The notes below the pieces were generated by a model, which saw only the letters and a list, made by a program, of their open reading frames with translations, ran no database searches and was not told where the DNA came from. The translations under genes were made by a program, and so were the position numbers. A DNA stretch of 64,000 nt from Pseudomonadota bacterium (GTDB taxonomy: Bacteria > Pseudomonadota > Alphaproteobacteria > MPNO01 > UBA2964), in contig JAYZFG010000015.1 of the NCBI GenBank assembly GCA_036336885.1, forward strand, positions 70,813-134,812, in the 5' to 3' direction. Position 1 is the first letter of the stretch, and each line of letters starts with the position of its first letter. Below are positions 20,293 through 29,849 of the stretch, one piece after another.

Positions 20293-21900
20293 ATGTCTGA
20301 CCAACCTAATTTTTTAATGTTTATTACCGATCAACATAGGGCTGACCACCTGGGTTGTTACGGAAACGAAATTGTTCAAACTCCAAATATTGATGGAATT
20401 GCAGCAAAGGGTACCAAATTTGAAAAATTTTACGTTGCTTGTCCAATATGTATGCCAAATCGTGCCACCTTGATGACGGGGCGAATGCCGTCACTCCATG
20501 GCGTTAGACAAAATGGTATTCCGCTACCGCTTAACACTACAACTTTTACAGAGATTCTACTCGCTGCCGGTTATCAGACAGCATTATTTGGAAAAAGTCA
20601 TTTACAATGCATCTCTGCAAACCCTGTCGAGGTAGGTCTACCCAGTCCTGACCCGACTAAGTTTCAACCCCCAACAGAACTAGCGGAATCTATGCGGGGT
20701 ATTTGGGAAAATGGAGATTATGAACAAGAGCTACCACCAACATGGAAAGATAAACCAAACTTCGAACCAGGTCTGCCCTTCTACGGATTTAACGAATTGG
20801 CACTAGCTATAGGTCATAGCGACCGAGTAACCGGTCATTATGCTCGTTGGCTAGCAGAAAGGCACCCCGATCCAGATTCCCTCAGAGGACCTGATAATGC
20901 TCTTGCTAGCAATCGAAAACTAAATGCACCACAAGCGTGGCGGACTGCCATTCCTGAAGAACTATATCCAACCACATATGTCGCTGAGAAAACTATAGAC
21001 TTCATTAAGAGTCAAACTAGCTCAGACAAGACCAAGCCCTTTTTTGTTCAATGTTCCTTCCCGGATCCTCACCACCCATTCACACCACCCGGTAAATATT
21101 TCGACATGTATGACCCAGCTGATATTCCAACGCCAGAAGCGTTTCATCACCCAAAAGAACTCCTCCCTCCGAACGTCGCCGCACTACACAAAGAACGAGA
21201 CCTAGGTAAAGCAAACAAAAACGGGCAGCGGGGTTTTGGCTGCACAGAACAAGAGGCTCGCGAAGCAATTGCATTGAATTATGGCTCCATAAGTATGATC
21301 GATGATGCGATCGGACGTGTACTTACCGCTCTGGATGAAACTGGCAAAGCAGATAACACCATAGTTATCTTTACGACCGACCATGGTGATTTTATGGGGG
21401 ACCATCAATTATTGCTCAAAGCCGCAATCCACTATCAAGGACTAATCAGGGTCCCTTGTATCTGGTCCGACCCAAAGACAAATCACGGAGGTACTTCCTC
21501 CTCAGCTTTTACCGGAACAATTGATCTAGCGAGTTCCTTTCTAGATCGCGCCGGCATTCAGGAATTCAATGGCATGCAGGGCCTCAGTCTTGGACAAATT
21601 GCCGCCGGGGCGCCTGGGCACGACTCCATGGTAATCGAAGAAAGCCAGCGACGCGGTTACATGGGCTTTCAACCTAATTTTCGTGCCCGGTCATTGGTCG
21701 CCGATCATTGGCGACTAACACTTTACTCAGATACTGATTGGGGTGAATTATACAATCTCGCCAATGATCCAAACGAATTTGAAAACCTCTGGGATGACCC
21801 AGGGTACCAGCGCATCCGGACGGAACTGCTAGAGAGGCTGACCCGACGAATGATGGATCTTTCAGACTCTAGTCCTCTCTCCATAGGACATGGACCCTAA
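20293..21900 (+). CDS. Sulfatase (Cys-type, formylglycine-dependent), no signal peptide
   Basis: 535 aa with FITDQHRAD (metal-binding DQ), the CMPNRATLMTGR formylglycine motif (C-x-P-x-R), GKSHL and FTTDHGD. The N-terminus MSDQPNFLMF has no leader. Paralogue of 26367-27971. Confidence 0.9.
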   Translation: MSDQPNFLMFITDQHRADHLGCYGNEIVQTPNIDGIAAKGTKFEKFYVACPICMPNRATLMTGRMPSLHGVRQNGIPLPLNTTTFTEILLAAGYQTALFGKSHLQCISANPVEVGLPSPDPTKFQPPTELAESMRGIWENGDYEQELPPTWKDKPNFEPGLPFYGFNELALAIGHSDRVTGHYARWLAERHPDPDSLRGPDNALASNRKLNAPQAWRTAIPEELYPTTYVAEKTIDFIKSQTSSDKTKPFFVQCSFPDPHHPFTPPGKYFDMYDPADIPTPEAFHHPKELLPPNVAALHKERDLGKANKNGQRGFGCTEQEAREAIALNYGSISMIDDAIGRVLTALDETGKADNTIVIFTTDHGDFMGDHQLLLKAAIHYQGLIRVPCIWSDPKTNHGGTSSSAFTGTIDLASSFLDRAGIQEFNGMQGLSLGQIAAGAPGHDSMVIEESQRRGYMGFQPNFRARSLVADHWRLTLYSDTDWGELYNLANDPNEFENLWDDPGYQRIRTELLERLTRRMMDLSDSSPLSIGHGP

Positions 21901-21963
21901 GTAGAGACTGAAAACACACCGCGGCCCATTAGCATATTAGAAATAACATTCAACCTCACATTT

Positions 21964-22752
21964 TTATAACGCTCTACTTACACCACCATCGATATCTATC
22001 AGGGACCCGTTAACAAAGCCTGCTTTTTCGGAACAAAGGTATACTACCATATTCGCTATATCCTCGGGTGCTCCGATGCGTCCCAGGGGTATGTTTTTAG
22101 CGGATTCCTCACGTATTTCTTCTTCTGTTTGACCGGTGATTTTCATCCGCTGTCGCACAAGCGTATCCCATCTTTCAGTTGCCGTGGCCGCTGGGTTAAC
22201 TCCATTCACCAGTACATTATGTGGGCCACATTCCTCGGCAAGTGCTTGTGTAATATTTAAAATGGCCGCGTTGATCGCACCCCCGGCTATATATTTCGCA
22301 GTCGGGAAATGCCCACCGCGACCTATGATGTTGATGATTCTACCCCATTTCTGCCGGCACATGCTCTGCAAAACAGCCCGACAACACCTTACATAGCCCA
22401 TGAGTTTTAAATCAAAACATGCCTGCCAGGTATCATCCGTAAGATCCCCAATCCGACCTAAAGGTGCCGATCCTGCATTGTTCACCAGAATATCAATTTG
22501 TCCCAGTGTTGTTTCCGCTTCAGCTACAATACGCTTAATATCTGCAACGTTCGTAAGATCACCTGTTACTGGTGTTACATGCCCTGTCCGATTGGTAGAT
22601 ATTTCCTCCGCAGCGGATGCAAGCCGCTTTGGATCACGTGCAACGATAACTATGTTAACACCTTCCTCTGCCAATGCCTCCGCACACGCACGGCCAATCC
22701 CCTGACTGCCACCTGTAATTAGGGCATTTCGTCCTTTTATACCTAAATCCAT
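21964..22752 (-). CDS. SDR-family oxidoreductase with atypical active-site positions
   Basis: 262 aa with TGGSQGIGRA and NNAG present. IIGRGG sits where the catalytic Ser strand is expected, and YIAGG replaces YxxxK (see findings). Confidence 0.8.
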   Translation of the reverse strand: MDLGIKGRNALITGGSQGIGRACAEALAEEGVNIVIVARDPKRLASAAEEISTNRTGHVTPVTGDLTNVADIKRIVAEAETTLGQIDILVNNAGSAPLGRIGDLTDDTWQACFDLKLMGYVRCCRAVLQSMCRQKWGRIINIIGRGGHFPTAKYIAGGAINAAILNITQALAEECGPHNVLVNGVNPAATATERWDTLVRQRMKITGQTEEEIREESAKNIPLGRIGAPEDIANMVVYLCSEKAGFVNGSLIDIDGGVSRAL

Positions 22753-22883
22753 GTTTTACTCCTTCCTTACGGTATCTTTGTTTAAACTTCTCCGCTGAAA
22801 GATGCAAAGCCCGGACACGTTGTGAGATTAAAATTCACGTGTTATTTTTAAGATGCCTTAAATTAAAAACATAGGGTTAGCCG

Positions 22884-23474
22884 ATGGATAAACAAACACT
22901 TCCTGCCTTTGCCAAATTTGTCAGAGACTTGCGGGTTATCTGGGCAGAGAACCCCGATGATGAAACGCGCATGAAACGTGCTCACAAGCTAATGGAGGGT
23001 GAGCTCCTCACTGATCCCGCTTTACGAGAACATTGCAAAAACTGGCCATCAACGGAAGGCCGGAAAAATTTACTTTTTTATACCGATCCAGATTATGGCT
23101 TTGTAATCAATGGGGTCGTCCGAGTTCCTGGTCGGACAGGAAGCGTTCACGACCATGCTGACGGTTGGGTGCTTTATGGGCTTTTGGACGGCATAGAATC
23201 ACTTGAACGCTTTAAGGCTGTGGAATCACGCAAGGAAGAGGGTTACGTAAAAGTCGAGCTAACAACTAACACGAAAGGAAAGGCTGGAAAGGCCGACCTT
23301 GTTCCACCATATGACATTCATGCCGAGCAAGGAAGTGATGTCCGGTCGGTGGCCGTAATCCTCAGAAGCCGTGTACTCGTAGGAGAGGTGCTGCAGGGAC
23401 GATATAATCGTGATACGGGGGAGTATTACGAAGGTTCTGGACCTGAACAAATCCCATACGCTCTGACGGCATAA
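22884..23474 (+). CDS. Cupin-fold protein, cysteine/3-mercaptopropionate dioxygenase (CDO_I)-like
   Basis: 196 aa. The helical N-terminus is followed by GSVHDHADGWVLYGLLDG (HxH...W) and a later DIHAEQG. This is the layout I recall for thiol dioxygenases, but the assignment is tentative. Confidence 0.55.
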   Translation: MDKQTLPAFAKFVRDLRVIWAENPDDETRMKRAHKLMEGELLTDPALREHCKNWPSTEGRKNLLFYTDPDYGFVINGVVRVPGRTGSVHDHADGWVLYGLLDGIESLERFKAVESRKEEGYVKVELTTNTKGKAGKADLVPPYDIHAEQGSDVRSVAVILRSRVLVGEVLQGRYNRDTGEYYEGSGPEQIPYALTA

Positions 23475-23504
23475 ATTATATATCCAAAAAAGGAATGTAA
23501 CTAT

Positions 23505-24494
23505 ATGTCTGGTTCACCCATCTGGATTACAGAGGAAGATGTCACTTCAATGGTAAGCCTCCCCCAAGCGATTGAAGCATTGGAACAGGCCCTGCCACTA
23601 GAAGCGGCCGACAAAGCCCAAAATATGGCCAAAGGGCATCTTATGGTAGCCGATAACGACGCAATGCATGTTCTGGGTTCTTCCGTCAGTGGGGAAGGAA
23701 TTTGCGGTTTTAAAAACTGGATTAATGTTCGGGGTAAGTCAGAAACTCTCGTTGAACTCTTTTCAATGGAGGATGGTGCCAATCTCGCTGTAATTGAAGC
23801 AACTGCCTTGGGTCAAATGCGAACAGCAGCAATGACAGGGGTTGGAACTAAAAGGCTAGCTCACGACAACGCAGATGAAATGGGGATTGTGGGCTCTGGT
23901 AAACAAGCACTACCTCAAGTGGCCGCCTGTCATGCGGTTCGCCCACTAAAAAAACTAAAGGTATTTAGTCGTAACCCTGAAAACCGGGATCGTTTTGCGG
24001 AAGCGGCACGTAAAGAGTTTAACTTCGAGGTAACTTCCTGCGAAACATTACAAGAAACCGTCGCCGATGTTCCAATCATAACCATTGTGACGAACGCAAC
24101 GGAGCCATTTTTATCCGCTGATATGCTTTCCAAAGGATCACACCTTAATGCAATGGGCGCAATTGTGCCGGCGCGGATTGAATTTACAGATGACGTTTTT
24201 GATAGGGCAGATATCATCGCCGTCGATAACCTTGCAACCATCAAAAATATGTCAGCCGAGTTCATTAAACATTACGGACAAGATAATAATGCCTGGCTAA
24301 ATGTCCGCACTGTATCAGAGTTAATCAAGGAAAATACTGAACGACCACCAGAAGCTGATATAACCCTTTTCAAGGCAATGGGCATGGGACTATCTGATCT
24401 CGCACTGGCAATCAATATATATAAGCGTGCCCGTTCAGAGGGGCGCGGCACCACGTTACCAGACCGGATAAAGACACCACCGCGGCTCCAATAG
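23505..24494 (+). CDS. Ornithine cyclodeaminase/mu-crystallin family protein
   Basis: 329 aa with ALGQMRTAAMTGVGTKRLA and the Rossmann motif GIVGSGKQA, both typical of the family. It lies 30 bp downstream of the cupin gene. Confidence 0.85.
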   Translation: MSGSPIWITEEDVTSMVSLPQAIEALEQALPLEAADKAQNMAKGHLMVADNDAMHVLGSSVSGEGICGFKNWINVRGKSETLVELFSMEDGANLAVIEATALGQMRTAAMTGVGTKRLAHDNADEMGIVGSGKQALPQVAACHAVRPLKKLKVFSRNPENRDRFAEAARKEFNFEVTSCETLQETVADVPIITIVTNATEPFLSADMLSKGSHLNAMGAIVPARIEFTDDVFDRADIIAVDNLATIKNMSAEFIKHYGQDNNAWLNVRTVSELIKENTERPPEADITLFKAMGMGLSDLALAINIYKRARSEGRGTTLPDRIKTPPRLQ

Positions 24495-24520
24495 GAGGTT
24501 AGGCCAGTAACTACAAAAAA

Positions 24521-25096
24521 TTATTCTATTTCAATTTTTTTAATAACCACATCTTCCATGGGTACATCACCCATCCCGTCTCGCTGACCGGTCTGAACGC
24601 CCTCTATCTGGCGAACCACTTCCATTCCGGACGAGACTTTGCCAAAAACAGCATAACCCCAGCCCCTTGGACTTTTATCCGTATGGTTCAGGAACTGATT
24701 ATCAGCCGTATTAATAAAAAACTGCGCGGTCGCAGAATGCGGGTCATTAGTCCTTGCCATGGCCAAAGTACCTACTAAATTCTGCAGGCCGTTATCCGCC
24801 TCATTTTCTATGGGAGTCCGGGTATCTTTTTTGTTAAGCCCAGTTTCAAAACCACCCCCTTGGATCATGAACCCTTCGATGACCCGATGAAAAATTGTTC
24901 CATTGTAAAATCCATCTTTCACATATTTGGTAAAATTCTCGACTGTGACTGGTGCTTCCTTAGGTGCAAGCTCAACCTCGATGACACCTAAACTTGTTGT
25001 TATTTTCACGCGCTTAATCCCTTCTGCAGCAAATACCCCAATTGTGAATGAAAAAGCAAATAAGGCTACTACGGCTGCAATAACTTGTTTATACAT
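24521..25096 (-). CDS. ppiA: Peptidyl-prolyl cis-trans isomerase, cyclophilin type, secreted
   Basis: 191 aa with the signal peptide [23 protein letters not shown]. Cyclophilin motifs [14 protein letters not shown] and GYAVFGKV are present. Confidence 0.92.
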   Translation of the reverse strand: MYKQVIAAVVALFAFSFTIGVFAAEGIKRVKITTSLGVIEVELAPKEAPVTVENFTKYVKDGFYNGTIFHRVIEGFMIQGGGFETGLNKKDTRTPIENEADNGLQNLVGTLAMARTNDPHSATAQFFINTADNQFLNHTDKSPRGWGYAVFGKVSSGMEVVRQIEGVQTGQRDGMGDVPMEDVVIKKIEIE

Positions 25097-25176
25097 TTAG
25101 AACCAATTCCGAATAGTTTCTCAAAGTCACTAATTTAAGGTTACACCAACATCAGAAATTACCCAACCACTACGGG

Positions 25177-26223
25177 TCACAACCCGTAAAGGGCACGTGC
25201 ATTATCCTCCAAGATTTTCCCTGCAACTTCGGCGGTGACCTTTCCGTCTGAACTTAGCTTTCGAAGGGCCTCTATTTCAGTTGAAGTATCCGCGTGCCCA
25301 TAATCTGTCCCGACGACTAATTGGGTGTCTCCTGCATATTTTAGCACGTAGTCGAGATCGTCCGTCACCTGGCAGGCCACCCAAATATTATTATCTGCCA
25401 TGATTGTTTCCGAAATATCTTCGCCCCTGCGCGCTAAGCGCAAGCCAAGGTCATTTAGCGCATAGGGTATCCACTGAGCACTAACTTCTACAAAGGCCCA
25501 ACGGAGCTTGGGAAACATCGAGGGAATACCTTTGAACAATAGCTGGTGAAATGTTGCCACCAATGGCAACTTCGCCTTTGCAAACCCGCTATCTTCACGA
25601 TACATACCTTCTAACAAGAAGCTATTATTACCAGCATGAAAACAAATTGGTAGATCCAACTCCTCTGCCATTTGGTAGAGGTTGAAAAATTTTTCAGAAA
25701 AAAGCGGGGTATCATGCTCAATGCCATGCATATAAACACCGCAAGCTCCATTATTTTTTCCAAATTCGAGTTCCTCGCGACATCTATCCATATTGAGAAG
25801 GTGAGGCATCACCACCCATTTTAAGCGATCGGGTGCCTGTTTCCAGATACTGACGAGCCATCGATTATATGATCGGATCAGGGCGTATTCGACTTGAGGC
25901 GTCTGGGTCCAAGGTCGTAAGAATACGGTGGGATATAAAACCTGAACATCAATACCCAGCTCATCCATGTGTTTTAGTCGACCAACAATGTCTTCCATCT
26001 CGCGTGAGGTCTTAGCAGTATTGGCACCTACATTTCCCTCCTTTGGTAGCATTCGATTATCTAAAAACCAAAATTCCCTTTGATAAATCCCCACTTGGCT
26101 TGAGACAGCCCTGTCGTCTTTAGACTGCACCACCAAAGGCCGATATTTCTCAAATTCTGGGTCGAGAAAATCAAAAGTGGTTTCACACTCAACCACATGT
26201 GCATCGGCATCGATTGATCCCAT
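25177..26223 (-). CDS. Amidohydrolase_2 (ACMSD/LigW/LigI-type metal-dependent decarboxylase or hydrolase)
   Basis: 348 aa with an N-terminal IDADAH metal motif, an internal ICFHAG and a C-terminal VGTDYGHAD, matching the ACMSD-family TIM-barrel pattern. Confidence 0.8.
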   Translation of the reverse strand: MGSIDADAHVVECETTFDFLDPEFEKYRPLVVQSKDDRAVSSQVGIYQREFWFLDNRMLPKEGNVGANTAKTSREMEDIVGRLKHMDELGIDVQVLYPTVFLRPWTQTPQVEYALIRSYNRWLVSIWKQAPDRLKWVVMPHLLNMDRCREELEFGKNNGACGVYMHGIEHDTPLFSEKFFNLYQMAEELDLPICFHAGNNSFLLEGMYREDSGFAKAKLPLVATFHQLLFKGIPSMFPKLRWAFVEVSAQWIPYALNDLGLRLARRGEDISETIMADNNIWVACQVTDDLDYVLKYAGDTQLVVGTDYGHADTSTEIEALRKLSSDGKVTAEVAGKILEDNARALYGL

Positions 26224-26366
26224 TGTTTACTCCCATTTCCATCGGTTAGTTAGGCAAAAATACAATACAGAAAATCCGTCAATAGAAATACCCGAAGTAT
26301 ATTTGGCAGCGAGACACCAATAAGGTATTAAAGTTTTATAAATTTAATGGTTGAGGTATCTGGAAA

Positions 26367-27971
26367 ATGGGTAAACGGCCAAATTTCGTTCTCATCATAA
26401 CTGATCAGCACCGAGCAGATTATTTAGGCTGCGCTGGTCACCCCGTATTAAAAACACCAAACATTGATTCTATCGCAAAATCTGGCGTTCAGTTTAACCG
26501 GTTTTATGTTTCAAATCCGGTCTGTATGCCAAACCGTGCCACACTCATGACGGGTCGAACGCCGTCCGCTCACGGAGTTCGCCAGAACGGTATCCCTCTC
26601 CCACTTTCATCCAATACCTTTGTCGATATGTTAAGAAGTGCCGGGTATCAGACGGCGCTGGTTGGTAAGAGCCACCTCCAAAACTTCACTACTCATCCTC
26701 CCCTGAACCAAGATGATGAAATACCAGCGGGCTACACACCGCCACAAGATAACCTCAAGGAGGCACAAAAAGACGCCTTTCTGGATGGGAACTATAAACA
26801 GGAACGACCCGACTTTTGGGATAGTCCTGATGCAAAACTAGATCTTCCCTTTTATGGATATGAGCATGTGGATTTGTGTTTTGGTCACGGGGACGAATGC
26901 GGCGGAGATTATTACTGGTGGCTCAAAAGCCAGCGCGAAGATGCCGACGAATTGGTTGGACCCGAAAATGGATTGCAACACGACTACTCGGTTTTACAGG
27001 CCTGGAGGACCAAAGTACCAGAAAATCTCTATCCCACTGCTTGGATCGCTGATCACGCTGAAAAATATATTGTCGATTATGCTCGCTCTGATAAAGACAG
27101 CCCATTCTATATGGTTGCTTCCTTTCCCGACCCTCATCACCCATTTACGCCGCCTGGAAGATACTGGGATATGTATAAACCCGAACAGATGGAAGTTCCA
27201 AATGCATATAACGTTAACGACTGGGAACCTCCGCCTCATGTGCGGGCCTTATTAAAGCGTCGAGATGAAGGGTTGCCGCCGGAAGACGGTATTATGTCCT
27301 ACGGAATTAATGCGCAGGAAGCATTGGAGGCAAGAGCACTCACTTGCGGTATGATTTCAATGGTTGATGACGGTGTCGGTAAAATTTTATCAGCACTAAA
27401 AGCAAATGGCCTCAATGAAAATACAATTGTCATGTTTACCAGTGACCATGGGGACCACCTGGGTGACCACTGCCTGCTTCGCAAGGGCCCGGCACACTAT
27501 AGTGAATTGGTGAGGGTAGCCTTTCTGTGGTCGGATCCCGAAAGCAGCATAGCTGGAGCACAGACCGAGGCGATTTCAGGAACCATAGACATATCTGCCA
27601 CGATACTCGATAGAGCCAGGGTAGCCCCGTATAATGGGCTTCAGGGGCGGAGCCTTTTATCAGTTACAAACAGCCCTGAAACTACCGGCCCCCGGGATGC
27701 AATTTTAATCGAAGAAGATAACCAGCGAATTTTACCAGTACTCGGTAAAGATCCCAAGGCGCGCACATTAATCACCCAAAACTGGCGTCTTTCAGTTTAC
27801 CATGGCCATGAATGGGGCGAACTATATGATCTAGAGAATGATCCCGGAGAACTCGACAACCTGTGGGATCACACCGCACACCAGGATATTAAAATGTCAT
27901 TGCTTGCAAGACTTGTTCAGGAACAGATAGCGTTAAATGACACATCGCCATTGCCACTTGGCAGGGCGTAA
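26367..27971 (+). CDS. Sulfatase (Cys-type), no signal peptide; paralogue of 20293-21900
   Basis: 534 aa with IITDQHRAD, CMPNRATLMTGR, GKSHL and FTSDHGD. By hand count, 71 of the first 105 aligned residues are identical to the other sulfatase. Confidence 0.9.
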   Translation: MGKRPNFVLIITDQHRADYLGCAGHPVLKTPNIDSIAKSGVQFNRFYVSNPVCMPNRATLMTGRTPSAHGVRQNGIPLPLSSNTFVDMLRSAGYQTALVGKSHLQNFTTHPPLNQDDEIPAGYTPPQDNLKEAQKDAFLDGNYKQERPDFWDSPDAKLDLPFYGYEHVDLCFGHGDECGGDYYWWLKSQREDADELVGPENGLQHDYSVLQAWRTKVPENLYPTAWIADHAEKYIVDYARSDKDSPFYMVASFPDPHHPFTPPGRYWDMYKPEQMEVPNAYNVNDWEPPPHVRALLKRRDEGLPPEDGIMSYGINAQEALEARALTCGMISMVDDGVGKILSALKANGLNENTIVMFTSDHGDHLGDHCLLRKGPAHYSELVRVAFLWSDPESSIAGAQTEAISGTIDISATILDRARVAPYNGLQGRSLLSVTNSPETTGPRDAILIEEDNQRILPVLGKDPKARTLITQNWRLSVYHGHEWGELYDLENDPGELDNLWDHTAHQDIKMSLLARLVQEQIALNDTSPLPLGRA

Positions 27972-27982
27972 GGAGTTAAAAA

Positions 27983-28588
27983 TTGGATACAGTTGCCAAA
28001 GATATTTTGCGGTTCTGGTTTGGTACTATCGACCTCAAAGCACCAATGGAAAAGCGCGAAATTTGGTTTCGTTCGACGCCGGAATTTGACAAGGCTTTGG
28101 TGGACAATTACACCGAGATACATGAACAAGCATTTAATGGTGACTTTGACCATTTGAAATCCACCGCGGAGGAATGCTTAGCTCTGATTATTAGTCTCGA
28201 TCAGTTCCCGCGTAATATTTATCGTGGATCACCACGCGCATTTTCTGCGGACCCGATAGCCCGAAAAGTTACTAAATATGCGCTTGCTAGTGGATTTGAT
28301 AATGGATTGGGGAAATGGCCACGAATTTTTATGTACCTGCCACTCGAACACAGCGAACTATTTGCTGATCATGAGATTGCTCTTCCACTTTACAAGGCGG
28401 TAGCGGATAATAATTCGATAAAATCTGCACAAGGCCACTACGATACAATTGAAAAGTTTGGACGCTTTCCCCATCGAAACGCAGTGTTAGGTCGTAAAAA
28501 TACACCGGAAGAAGAGGAATACATGAAAAATCCTCCAACCTGGGGAAAAACCGCTGCCGAGGTTAAAGAAATGGAAAGGCAAAAATAA
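27983..28588 (+). CDS. DUF924-family protein
   Basis: 201 aa with a TTG start 11 bp after the sulfatase stop. ILRFWFG..., LDQFPRNIYRGSPRAFSADP and PLEHSE match what I recall of the DUF924 pattern. Confidence 0.75.
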   Translation: MDTVAKDILRFWFGTIDLKAPMEKREIWFRSTPEFDKALVDNYTEIHEQAFNGDFDHLKSTAEECLALIISLDQFPRNIYRGSPRAFSADPIARKVTKYALASGFDNGLGKWPRIFMYLPLEHSELFADHEIALPLYKAVADNNSIKSAQGHYDTIEKFGRFPHRNAVLGRKNTPEEEEYMKNPPTWGKTAAEVKEMERQK

Positions 28589-28591
28589 CTT

Positions 28592-29812
28592 CTAGCGTCT
28601 AATATTCGAACCGCGTTTCGGTAACCTAAACTCGCGATGACATATATTAGCAAGGATTGCCACGCCTTCCCGAATTTCCTCAATTGTAGGGTTGCCAAAG
28701 CAGAGTCGCATCTTACTTTTGCCTGTTTCAGGGTCGGCTACCCATTCTGCTCCAGGGTTGATCGCAACGCCCTCATCGAGGGCGACTTCAGATAATTTCA
28801 TTGTATCAATACTATCTGGCAGTTGGACCCATACGAAAATCCCACCTTTCGGTTTTTGTATATCGGCGACAGTCCCAAATTCGGCTGCAATCGCATCCAA
28901 CATCGCTTCACATTTTTCTTTGAGAACTTTACGTAGCTTGGTGACATGCTCTTCAAATCGCGTGGGGCAATATTCCCCGAGAACCATTTGTTCCAATGCT
29001 CCGGAACCACCATCCCGTTTAACAGCAAGCATCTGCGAGAGGATTTCCCATTCAGCCACCAAGTATCCAACCCGTAATGCCGGGGCAATGGTCTTGGAGA
29101 ATGTTCCACAAAAAATCACCCGGCCATCATCATCGAGCGCTCTGATTGCCCGCGGGCGTTCCCCACCAAATGTCAGATCTGCATAACAGTCATCTTCAAA
29201 AATAGGAACGTCGAATTTTCGGGACAAATTGAGAAATTCCAACCTTCGTGCCTCCGGCATTACCGTACCAGTTGGATTTTGTACCGTGGGTACAGCATAA
29301 AGATACTTTGGTTTGACACCATCGCGTTTTAAATCATCAAGAATATTACTCAAACTATCCATTCGGATACCGTCTGCATCAAGGGGGGCGCCTATACCTC
29401 TTACACCAAGGCGCTTTATTCTCTGAATGGCACCCTGATAAGCCGCTTCCTCAATGACAACCGTATCACCTTTTGTGAGTAGCACATCGTTGACAAGGTC
29501 CAGGGCCTGAAGAGAACCAGATACGAGCATAATATCATCGGCCGTCTCGTTCATCCCCGTGCTTTTATTGAGATAATTGGCAAGAAAATCACGTAACGGT
29601 AAATATCCCTGTGGACCGCTTTCCAGGCTATACGTCGCCAACGTTGACCCTTCTTTTTCAAGGACGCTTGCCGTTGCATTAACAAAGTCCTGTGTTGGAA
29701 CACTTGCCCCGTCATTGTGACCACCAATAAAATTATATTTGGGAAATCCAGACCAGCGCTTTTCGGTCGGGGGCAATCCAGGCCGATAAACCGTTGAATA
29801 ATCAAAAATCAT
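28592..29812 (-). CDS. PLP-dependent aminotransferase (class I/II, 2-aminoadipate/ARO8/MocR-catalytic-domain-like)
   Basis: The track ORF starts at 29890 and would overlap the upstream gene. ATG 29812 is preceded by GGGAGA and gives 406 aa. SGSLQALDL, VQNPTG and the PLP-lysine motif GTFSKTIAPALRVGY are present. Confidence 0.85.
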   Translation of the reverse strand: MIFDYSTVYRPGLPPTEKRWSGFPKYNFIGGHNDGASVPTQDFVNATASVLEKEGSTLATYSLESGPQGYLPLRDFLANYLNKSTGMNETADDIMLVSGSLQALDLVNDVLLTKGDTVVIEEAAYQGAIQRIKRLGVRGIGAPLDADGIRMDSLSNILDDLKRDGVKPKYLYAVPTVQNPTGTVMPEARRLEFLNLSRKFDVPIFEDDCYADLTFGGERPRAIRALDDDGRVIFCGTFSKTIAPALRVGYLVAEWEILSQMLAVKRDGGSGALEQMVLGEYCPTRFEEHVTKLRKVLKEKCEAMLDAIAAEFGTVADIQKPKGGIFVWVQLPDSIDTMKLSEVALDEGVAINPGAEWVADPETGKSKMRLCFGNPTIEEIREGVAILANICHREFRLPKRGSNIRR

Positions 29813-29849
29813 TGATTTCTCCCTGAGTTTGCCAGTGTTTTGACATAGG

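Noticed and set aside
22821-22839. TGTGA-N9-TCACG (with an embedded CACGTG) in the SDR/cupin divergent region, reminiscent of a CRP-type site.
   Set aside because: CRP/FNR-type sites have 6-bp (or 4-bp) spacing, not 9. One arm is imperfect. There is no supporting evidence.
24521-25096. Secreted cyclophilin as a functional member of the sulfatase cluster.
   Set aside because: It is a housekeeping-type periplasmic PPIase, while the sulfatases are leaderless and cytoplasmic. It is probably just interleaved, so no functional link is claimed.
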